NCBI GenBank assembly: GCA_951406725.2
Contig: OX597822.1
Span: 54,870,001-54,934,000 of the forward strand
Source of the DNA: Octopus vulgaris
Taxonomy: Eukaryota
Reading direction: 5' to 3'
DNA: 64,000 bases
The notes under the pieces are model-generated. The model saw nothing but the letters and a program-made list of their open reading frames with translations. It was not told the origin of the DNA and did no database searches. Position numbers and translations under genes: made by a program. Below, piece after piece: positions 52,341 to 64,000 of the stretch. The stretch's first letter is position 1. Each line of letters starts with the position of its first letter.

Positions 52341-53070
52341 GTGTGCACATTGCTTGAACCCGCGTCTCCATAGCAAGAAACTGTTAGTAGCTCGTATCTT
52401 TATACTGTATACATTAAATGGTATACATGCATATATATAACTTTGAGAACTTTGGTATGTTTCGGCCAGTATAGGCCCAGGTGATGTCTAACTCAATAGC
52501 ACCACCTGGTAAAATATATAAATTTTATTCAGTAGAAGAAGCAGAGTTCATGACCCTTTACAGGGCCTCCGAGATTATTGAGGAGGCGGGAGGCAGGCAT
52601 CATCAAACCGGAAGCCAGTCCCGAATGCTATCAACAGAGTAGACTCTACTACTGGTACCCCAAAATATCAGGTGGTGGTGCTAAACCAGGTGACGGATTA
52701 AGTCTTCCACACAAGTAGGCCATTGTGGGATTTAAACTCAGAACACAAAGAACCAGAATAAATACTGCAAGACACCCACCCGGTCCAATGTGGCTACTGA
52801 TCCGACTATCCACCGAATGCATTTATACATTTTCATCAGCGTCAGAAAGATGACCTTCGTGAGAAACTATTTCTTTCTCATGAATTTCTACTTTTGTTAT
52901 CAAACCGATCCAAAATACGTTGGTAGATTTCAAAATGATTTGGCTAAGTTCTGTGAGTCGTTTTGAAACTCATCTCATCGGAACTTACTCAAGGTAGGTT
53001 TGCAGCAGATAATCTTTTAAGCATGATTGGAATAAATTGTCTCTCTATTCGCCACATCAGTCACAGCCAT

Positions 53071-53139
<69 letters not shown>

Positions 53140-53283
53140 TATATATCGGCCGAAACTGCTAAGATCATCTGGAACTCGACTGAGGATGACCCGTCGTTGT
53201 TTTTTCTTGTCCTTTTTTGTATCGTCTAACTGTCCGGATGTTTTGTTGTCGCCTGTTACGTACTTGTTCCATTTTTTGTTTTC

Positions 53284-53320
<37 letters not shown>

Positions 53321-53974
53321 TGTATGTATGTATGTATGTATGTATATATTCGTACTAGTTCTGTAGCGCGGCAGCATCAGAGAGCTAGCAGTCATCATTG
53401 CTGTTGTTGTTGTTCTTGTTATAGTAAAACCCTAGGGCATCCGTGATTGACCAGACCTATGAGGAAAAGTTTCCCGACCATGACCATCACGGGCTTCTAT
53501 CGAACACTCTGTATCTAGACATACGTTACAGAATAAGCACCCACAACCGCACACGCTCTTTTTTTTCTTTTCGAGATAGCGTGGTACGATTTTAGGAAGT
53601 TCTGGTTGTTATTTTTAACAGATCGGGCAACCACATAACGTTTCTTTGGTTAAACAAAACAGATTGGTATTTATAATTTTATATCTAAAATATCATCGTC
53701 ATACTCGCAATGAATACTACTAATCAAAGCGAGTGGCATGCTTTAGCGTCCGTTTTCTTTTAACGACCAGCGGCCAGCTGACATCTGTAAGCTGCAGGTA
53801 TCATGCCTGTCTTGTGGCGACTGTTTATTCAAGAATTTCGTGCCTGGTCGTCATTTATTTGCGTAGCCAGCTACGACAGAGTAACGTGAAGTCATCACAA
53901 CTGTTAATCAATTTATTAAAAAGTCATGGTTGTTGAATTGGTAATCCTTTAAGCTGACATTTGCTAAGAATACT

Positions 53975-54600
<626 letters not shown>

Positions 54601-54832
54601 TATATTTATATATAGCGACGCCCGTACCCTTTTTGGTCTGATATGTAAGTATATATACACACACACTCTTATGTTGGAGCGAGGTCATTTAACCCTATCA
54701 TCTCCCCTAATTTCGCTCTTGCGTCTCACGTTTGATCTTTGACTTCTGGCCGAAATCAGATCGCCATGTTGATTCGCTAGCCTCTGCACGCATTTTTTTT
54801 CTCTCCTTCTTTCTGTGTTTCTTCTCTGTGTA

Positions 54833-54870
54833 TCTTTCTGGTGAAGAGCGTAGGCTCGAAACGTTAAAGA
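54833..54870 (+). ncRNA. Minimal hammerhead-like motif (family P1) within a PLE-like fragment (~54700-55000)
   Basis: TCTTT CTGGTGA A GAGC GTAG GCTC GAA ACGT T AAAGA; helix I TCTTT/AAAGA; A6 replaced by G. Confidence 0.55.
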
Positions 54871-54998
54871 CTTGTTTTATTTATATTTCCTGAGCGCCAT
54901 ACTAATACAATTGTTTGTTTGTATTCCACCTGCCTTCGTCTTTTGTTTATTTCCGTCAACCTGCCTTCGTCTTTTGTCTATTTTCATAAAGCTTCCCG

Positions 54999-55117
<119 letters not shown>

Positions 55118-55120
55118 TAC

Positions 55121-55165
<45 letters not shown>

Positions 55166-55229
55166 CATACATACATACATATATACATACATATATATAT
55201 ATATATGCATACATACATATATATATATA

Positions 55230-55615
55230 GCCGCAGGAGGTGGGTGTGTGGTAAGAAGCCTGCTTCTCAACTTTATGGTTCTGGGTTCAGTCCCACTGCG
55301 TGACACCTTAGGCAAGTGTCCTCTACTATAGCCTCGGGCCGATCAAAACTTTGTGAGTAGTTTTGGTAGGCGGAAACTGAAAGAAGCCCGTCGTGTATAT
55401 GTATGTATTTGTGCGTTTGTGTCTGTTCCCCAACCATCGCTTGAGAATAGATGTTGGTGTGTTTACGTCCCCTTTTCCCCTTTCGGCAAACGGGACCGAT
55501 AGAATAAGTACTAGGCTTACGAAGAAGTCCTGGGGGCGGTTTGTTCGACTAAAGGTGGCGCTCCAGCATGGCTACAGTCAAATGACTGATGAAAGTAAAA
55601 GAATAAAAGAATAAA
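55230..55615 (+). mobile_element. SINE family A
   Basis: Family consensus. Confidence 0.88.
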
Positions 55616-55617
55616 AG

Positions 55618-55667
<50 letters not shown>

Positions 55668-56149
55668 TGTGTGTTGGTGTGAGTATAACTTTGTTGTGCT
55701 ATCCTCTACGGGTTACACAAACACGCACACGCTCACAAACATACACGCATGCGCGCGTGCACACACATACAAACACAATACGAATGGATTAGGTTATCAC
55801 TCGCTGAGTATATGGAACCATCATAAGCATTGTACTATTCTGTTTTCGAGACCAAAGTGTTTAAATTTACTTACCTGAGTTGAACTAATTAGTAAACAAG
55901 CAAGGCTGAACTGTGAAATCCTAGAATTTTTAGCAGACACTATAAGAAGTGAATTTTTTATCTGCTTATGATCCGACAGAAACAGAAATCAACTCCTGGT
56001 TTCTAAGAGTGAACTAAAACTGAAGCCACTCTCTAACATCCTTCTAACAACTAACATCCTTCTGCTCAGCAGAAGTGACAACTGACTTTTAACATTTTTG
56101 TATATGGAGGTAATTTGTTAGAAAGTGCAAAAGGAAAAGTTAAAAGCTT

Positions 56150-56530
56150 GGTTAAGTAGTTAAAAAGCTTTCCTTGCAGCTACGTGGTTTCGTGTGCAGT
56201 TCCATTCCACGACACCTTGGGCAAGTGTCTTCCGCTATAGCTCCTAGCCGGCGGCCAACACCTTGTGAGTGAATTCGGTTTGGTGGAAACTGTGTGGAAG
56301 CCCTTCGTGTGCATGTGTGTGTGTATGCGTGCGCGCGCGCGCGTGTGTTTCTTTTCCTCACCCACTGCTTGATAACCAATGTTTGTGCGTTTACTTCTCC
56401 GTAACCTGGCAGTTCGGCAACACAAACCGATAGAATAAGTACCAGAGTTTTAAAAATAATGATATCAGTACTGGGTTCGATTCGTTCGACTAACCCACTC
56501 AGAGTTGTGTTCCAGTATGACTTAAACAAG
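56150..56530 (+). mobile_element. SINE family A, diverged
   Basis: Family consensus. Confidence 0.8.
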
Positions 56531-56694
56531 AAGTAACGAATACAGAAAGCATAAACAAAATACACCTAAACTTTAATGTCGAGAATGAAGACACGGATAA
56601 TCCAAATGGTTTTGGCACTGGTGTGTTTCTTTTGTTATTGTTTAACCACAAGTCGGCCTTGATCTAATAGACCAGTTATAATGCGAGGTCACTG

Positions 56695-56870
56695 TAAGTG
56701 GTCCCCAACCTTTTAGTACGAAGGACTCCTTTAATTTTAATTAAATTTTCCTGCAGACCCCAAGCTTTTGAAAGGTTTCTCAATTCGACAAATTCTGAAC
56801 TTAGCTCACAGATCCCCATTATTACCTTCGTGGAACACCGGGGGTCTGTACATCCCAAGTTAAGGACATA
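56695..56870. mobile_element. Possible hAT/Charlie-type MITE
   Basis: TAAGTGGTCCCCAACC left end resembles hAT TIR CAGTGGT(T/C)CCCAACC; right end decayed. Confidence 0.4.
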
Positions 56871-58077
56871 TTAATTTTGAAGATTCCATAAAATGTATAA
56901 TATACGAAATAAAAAGAAATCCCAAGAAGCTAACCGCAACATCGACAGCTACCCAAGACTCAAATGCTGCATCATCATCCTCTTCCGACTGGATTTCATT
57001 TTTTTAATGATTTAGTTAGTAGAGGAAAGACTGTACCAGTGTCCTTTGGGAGTTTTAATGGGAAATGAGGGGAACTCCGACATACCATTTATAGGCCATC
57101 CAACAGCTTCCGTTTAGTTTCCATCAACCCAATTTTCATCACAATTTAGATTGAGTAGATGTCATAGTAGAATTAATTTGTCAAATGTGCCTTGCAGTAG
57201 GATGGGATCCGGAACTGTTTGATTTAGAAGTAAACTTTTTAACTACACAGTCATATGTGCTCGAGAATTGAGTCTAGGACCGATACTACCTTCGATCTTT
57301 CAATCCTACGATCACTAATGTGAAATATTTTGGTTTTAACACTGGTCATACATCCCGGAATGGTAAAGCGAAGAACTCAGTATATCAAGGGAAGCAAATC
57401 TTAGGGCTTATTCTTCTCTGTATATTATTAGTTTCACTATTCTACAACAATAACAACAATAATTATAACCCGAGTCAGTGTGTGTGCCTCTACGTAGGTG
57501 CTCAAACTACTAAATATAGCAGCAAATCTTTTTCAGATTATACCTTACCATTTTAAAAAGTGAGAGAAATGTGCCTTAGTATGCGACTCCCCACTCCTTT
57601 GTTTAAGCATTGAATAAGAAGTTCTGAAATAAATTTAAATATTTGAAAGCTTCAGCAGTGATAATGAACTATATAAGAATGTAACAGCATTCTTTCTATG
57701 CCTTCACTGTACTTTAGGGCACAAATATGCAAATTAAGCTCTCAATCACGGGCAGTTTCGACTTTATTTATCCAATGGGTTTTAATCCAATATTTCCACG
57801 CTTTTATCTATAGTTTCATTTGCTTTGAGTTTTACTGTTCCAAAAAATAGTATTTCACGTTCTCTCAAAGTTTCTAAAATGGATAGAAAAGTTCGAAGAA
57901 TTGCTTCGGTCCAGTGGCAGAACGTCTGTCATGTTTATAGATGTGGGTTCGAAACCTACAGACACTTTTCGACTATTTCTCTCCAATATTTACGTGCAAT
58001 TATTTATAGCTTCATCTACTTCGAGTTTCACCCTCCCCACCCAAATTATACATATACATACATACACACACATATAA

Positions 58078-58142
<65 letters not shown>

Positions 58143-58183
58143 TAATACACTATGCTAGCGGTTGGAGAAGGTTACTGTGTACA

Positions 58184-58231
58184 TCTTCTCTGAAGAGAGA
58201 CCAACAAATTGTGAAACGCTCCGTCAAGAGA
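58184..58231 (+). ncRNA. Type I hammerhead-like motif
   Basis: TCTTCT CTGAAGA gagac-caa-caaa-ttg-t GAA ACG CTC CGT C AAGAGA; intact core and GUC site; stem II weak. Confidence 0.5.
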
Positions 58232-58820
58232 CTTACATTCTTGTTTCCGCACATCAAAAGCAGAAAATGAATGTGTTTTCATTCTTACATAATTCATTAT
58301 CACAATTATATAGTATTTTAATTGTTTAAGTTATCTTTTTCTTTTTCGATGAAACTGTGTTTATTGTTCGTACTAGGAACTCTAAACCATCAAATATTTC
58401 TCCGGTCATCCGATTTCCGAGTAAATCTTTCATAGATTTTGTAACCTGTTCCCTTAATGTCCTCTCACTCTTCGAATTTGTGGGAATAAAAAACATCATC
58501 ATCATCATCATTATTATTGGATACAATGTGACTGATCTAGAATGAGGACGTGTCGTTAATGAGATAGTGAATGGCGATGAAAGAACAAACCAGCAGACTA
58601 TTGATTGACCAAACAAGCAATCGATTAATTAATTGGTTAATTATATATAAAATTGACTAACAACAAAAAAAGAACTGAAATAGAGCCAACATGTGTAATT
58701 TTATTGGTAAAATAACATTCCCAAGACACAGCAGCATCTATTCCAATACAGGATTTCACATTAAAAATCGTACAAAGCAAGACAAAAACGATATTGTTAT
58801 TATTATTATTGTTATTATTA

Positions 58821-58872
<52 letters not shown>

Positions 58873-59148
58873 GACCCTGTTGGTTTTTTCATCTATTTTC
58901 GTTCAGTTGATATCACTCATCTATGATAAGATCATTTCCGTATGAAAATATTCGATCTGCCAGCTTTTAAGAGCACTCCTCCGAAACAGCAATGGCCTCT
59001 TCATCTGTTGAGTACACGAATAAAACAGAAATGACTGCTAACTTTAAATCAAACATGGACAACAACATTTCAAAGTCGAGATTGTTTTATTCACACAGCC
59101 TAATTCACACAATTCTCTCTTTTCCTTTCCTCTTTCGCTCTTGCACTC

Positions 59149-59705
<557 letters not shown>

Positions 59706-59817
59706 GTATATATGTATGTATGTATATGTATATATATATGTGTGTGTGTGTGCATGTGTGTGTGTGCATGTGTGTGTGTGTCTGTGTGTATGTATGTGTG
59801 TGTATTTGTATGTATCT

Positions 59818-60190
59818 TTGTAAGTAGCTTGCTTACGAACCACATGGTTCCGGGTTCAGTCTCACTTGGGCAAGTGTCTTCAACTATAGCCTTGAGCCGA
59901 CCAAAGCCTTGTGAGTGGATTTGGTAGACGGAAACTGAAAGAAGCTCGTCGTATATATATATATATATGTGTGTGTCTGTGTGTCTGTGTTTGCCCCCCC
60001 CCCCCCCCCAACATCGCTTGACAACCGATGCTGGTGTGTTTACGTCCCCGTAACTTAGCGGTTCGGCAAAAAGAGACCGATATAATAAGTACTAGGCTTA
60101 CAAAGAATAAGCCTTCAGGTCGATTTGCTCGACTAAAGGCGGTGCTCCAGCAAGGCCACAGTCACATGACTGAAGCAAGTAAAAGAGTAA
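59818..60190 (+). mobile_element. SINE family A
   Basis: Family consensus. Confidence 0.9.
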
Positions 60191-61299
60191 CTATATTCTA
60201 ACGATAGAGCTTTGTACCTTTGTTAGAAACCAGATCCTTCTATATCGAAAGACTTCGAATAATTACAAACAGAACAGAACATACATATATGTTCATCCAT
60301 ACATATGTTCATCCATACATGCATACGTACGTATGTATTATGTACGTACGTACATGCATAATAAATGAATTTATATATGTATATATGTGTATATATTTGT
60401 GAGGTGGGAGTGATACACGCACCAAAATGTTACTTCTACTCTATAGTTATTTAAGCGCGGTATATACAGCGAGATTATACTTCCGCTTGAGATCCTTAAC
60501 ATATGTGAGAAAAGAAGCATAATATTAGTCAGCAACTAATATCATTATTTTTATCTATGTAGATAACAGACATACATTTCTATGTCCACTATCACATCTA
60601 CTATCTCATCTCAGTTTACTTCCACACAGAGTATTTCTCTCACAAATACTCAATATGAAATTCAAAATTTATTAAATTAATCGTTTGTAAACAAAATAGA
60701 AGACATAATCTCAATTATAACATGTAAGAGAGATATATGTGGAAATAACTCTTCCATAGGATATTCTGCATTATTGAAAATCATTGGCGTAGCGCAAAGT
60801 CTTAACCCAGTGATTGATTTCATTGTTTTATATTGAGATGCGTTTCGATGTAATTTTTTCGAAGAAAAAGAAAACCAAAAGGGAACAATATAACCTGTCA
60901 TTAGCATGAAAATAAAACACTTGCAGTACCCCGCCACAAGCACACATATGCACACACTACAACCTGTATCATAAATACACGGTACATGCAGTTCAGTTTA
61001 TGTACATAACATCATTTGAAGAGAAACACATTTAGGAATAAATATATAAATAAAAAACATTAATATTGTACTACAGATGGTACTCACCGGATGGTAGTGC
61101 ATTGAGATTTACAGAGAGGAAGAGATGCACTATCCTCTTCCTTGTAGATCATCCTTGTTAACAGCTTCTGCTTTAAGGGTGAGGAGCTTATCCAAAGCTT
61201 TACAGTGCAGTATCCCATTGAATCATTCAGTATAGGAACTGCTTATTATACTATACTATATTATATATTACATTATGTTATATTATATCATATTGTTTT

Positions 61300-62480
61300 C
61301 ATAATTAGGGACGATCAGCAACGGTTTGTAGTGGCTTCCATTCTTTGCTCTCATTTCAAATGGAATGGATGAGCTTCTATTTGCTCTTCCTGTCTTGCAG
61401 TTTTCTTGTTTAAACATCATCGGTTCCTTATTGGATTAACTTTCTCACCCTAACAAGTCAAACATCGCATATTCTACGACTTTTTCAAACACTACATCAT
61501 TTGAGGATGTAACATCTTGCTAAACTTGATGTACACATTCTGTTAGCAGAAAACCTGTAATGTCACGGATATATGCTAGTCGTATTTTTTCCCAAACACT
61601 ATTCATAATTCAGGATTTCGCTCCAACCCTTGATTCAGCATTTTTTATCCGCTGCATCCACAATGATAAACTTTTGTAGAAGTCTTAACTGCAGGTTTCT
61701 CCTTTCCACATGTTTCAAAGTTCTATGATAATATGCTATGAAGTTAGTCATTACATCATGATCCGTCGGCTAGAAGTGTTTTTCGGAATATATTACATTT
61801 TAATTTCACTGAGCAGCCTTGTGCATTGTCTAAAAGGAGCAATGCTTTATTGGAAATATTACGACTGACACTATACTTTTTCTACATCAGGATAAAAATA
61901 CTTATAAACCAGTCTTGAGAAAAACTCATAGTTATCCAAGCCCAAGGAAATTGAGAGTGATACACGAATAGGAGCTCTAATTTCCTATCACCAGCAGCAT
62001 TTCTTACCCCAAGAACCGTCGGATGATTTTTGGAAGCTTTAATGTCTAGAACTGAGTTCTCATTACTAGAAATAAAGTCCTAGTAGGTACACTCTTCCAG
62101 AAAATCTCAATTTAATCAAAATTATTGAGCTGATGTATAGCCTTCATAAGTAACAATTTTCTTCACTTTCTCCTTCATAATTAGTAGCAGTTTCTGTACC
62201 ATCACTGGCAGTTTCACTGGTAATTTTATATTTCAAATTTTGGCACAAAGCCCTCAATTTCGGGAGAGAGATATGTCGATTACATCGATCTCAGTGCTCA
62301 ACTGGTACTTATTTTATCGACCCCGAAAAGATGACAGGCAAAGTCGACCTTGGCGACATTTGAACTTAGACGGACGAAATGCCGCTAAGCATTTTGCTCG
62401 ATGGCAGATGTGGTCGAATCATTTGAAATGATACTACGGATTACTTGAGCCATAAGTTTGATGTTTCCCCCGGGAATGAA
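61300..62480 (-). pseudogene. Tigger/pogo (DDE_1) transposase relic, interrupted by SINE B at ~62236-62400
   Basis: Minus strand KITSETASDG, EGYTSAQ..IFWKSVPTRT, NAAGDRKLELLFVYHS, NKALLLLDNAQG, MNSVWEKI..DITGF. Confidence 0.8.
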
Positions 62481-62902
62481 GATGTGGGGTTGTCACTGGG
62501 TCCAACAATATAATTTTAAGAATGCGTCTGAAACACCTTTAAACAACGCCTCTATGTGGCGAAATTCTGTAACCATGAGGGAATCACGTTTCACAGACAT
62601 GAAGGGGCAGTTAGGGTATGAGATTCAGATATACACGGAGCTTGATTGGTGGATATAATATCACATGGATTCCATGGCAACAATAGAGTCGTGATTTTCT
62701 CAGGGATCCGATCGGTTGGCAGAATGGAGGACCCCAAGATATACTAAGTTCTTTACTTCTTGAAGGAGTTCGGAATCTAGGGTAGTAACTTACTTGTTAT
62801 CGGCAAGAGAGGAAAACGTGACAATTGCTTTGCTGACATCAATCTGTAGATCGAGTTGTAATATATATATCGTCGTCTCACACACACACACACACACACA
62901 TA

Positions 62903-62984
<82 letters not shown>

Positions 62985-63099
62985 CACACGCGCACACACG
63001 CACACACATGCTCGCACGCACGCACAAACACACACACACATGCACATACGCACACACATGCTCACACGCACGCACAAACACACACACACACACACACAT

Positions 63100-63295
63100 A
63101 TGTTTCATGTTCGTCTCTGTTGCGTTGAATTCTTTCCTTCTGTGGCTGGCTGATTCAGAGCGGATCTCAGAATTAAACAGCCGAAATCTGCGATGAGGGA
63201 TCAGTTTCTGACTGAAGAACGAAGGCTTTGAATGACCCGTTGTCTGTTATGTTCGTCCCTTCATGTATTTCACGTTATTTATTTATGTAAAGGTT

Positions 63296-63300
<5 letters not shown>
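63100..63300 (+). mobile_element. Penelope-like P3 terminal fragment
   Basis: GGCTG..CAGCCGAAA..GACTGAAGA..GAAGGCTTTGAATG homologous to ~35060-35240; ends at (TA)n. Confidence 0.6.
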
Positions 63301-63336
<36 letters not shown>

Positions 63337-63580
63337 CATCACTGGTGCCAAGGTGTATCGGCCTTTGCCTTTCCCTTGGATAATATAGGTGGCGTGGAGA
63401 GGAGAGGCTGGTATGCATAGGCGACTGCTGATCTCCCATAGAAAAAACAACCTTAGGTTGTGCGTTCGATGGTGAGGCGACTTTCCGCAAAGAATTGTAC
63501 TCTGGAGGGGAACCACTTAGGTGCACTCATGATTATTCGTGACCGACGGAGTCGAGCATTTATATATGTATGTATAGAAA

Positions 63581-63797
63581 GGCGGCGAGCTGGCAGAGAC
63601 GTTAGCACGCCGGGCGAAATGCGTAGCCGTATTTCGTCTGCCGCTACGTTGTGAGTTCAAATTCCGCCGAGGTCGACTTTACCTTTCATCTTTCGGGGTC
63701 GATTAATTAAGTACCAGTTACGCACTGGGGTTGATATAATCGAATTAATCCGTTTGTTTGTCCTCTCTGTGTTTAGCCCCTTGTGAGTAGTAAAGAA

Positions 63798-63800
<3 letters not shown>
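63581..63800 (+). mobile_element. SINE family B
   Basis: Family consensus followed by (TATG)n. Confidence 0.92.
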
Positions 63801-63828
<28 letters not shown>

Positions 63829-64000
63829 TGTATGTATGTATGTATGTATGTATGTATGCATGTATGCATGTATGTATGTATGTATGTATGTATGTATGTA
63901 TGTGTGTGTGTGCGTGTGAGTGTGTCTGTGTGTGTGCGTGTGTGCGTGTATGTGTGTGTGCGTGTGTGTGTGTGTATGTAGAAAGAGAGAAAAAGAGAGA

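Noticed and set aside
61083-61240. Possible minus-strand host exon ending in a GTGAGT donor
   Set aside because: Short open frame with no recognisable protein, adjacent to the Tigger relic; no partner exons found.

Overview
This is a eukaryotic, AT-rich, repeat-saturated window, most likely from an Octopus (cephalopod) genome. That assignment is inferred from recalled tRNA-derived SINE families and the extreme (TA)n/(TG)n/(CATA)n/(GATA)n density, and is not database-verified. I can support no host protein-coding gene, and nearly all listed ORFs are microsatellite or SINE artefacts. The recognisable content is transposable elements: a near-intact 5'-truncated Tx1/L1-like LINE ORF2 abutting a decayed Ty3/Gypsy RT-RNase H piece and an older LINE ORF1 (8.4-13.9 kb), a full-length decayed piggyBac (21.5-23.9 kb), two mariner relics, a Tigger/pogo relic, R4/Dong-like LINE fragments, non-autonomous Helitrons, MITEs and about 30 tRNA-derived SINEs. 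The most interesting signals are: (i) several short Penelope-like terminal elements, mostly flanked by (TA)n, carrying minimal type I hammerhead ribozyme folds, including one with a compensatory G3-C8 core swap and one with a ~63-nt stem II; (ii) SINE multimers with an exact 184-bp period that appear to arise by the SINE inserting into its own head through a GGTAT microhomology; and (iii) a LINE-ORF1/Gypsy-pol/LINE-ORF2 collinear chimera. Coordinates were read by eye; boundaries of decayed elements are approximate.
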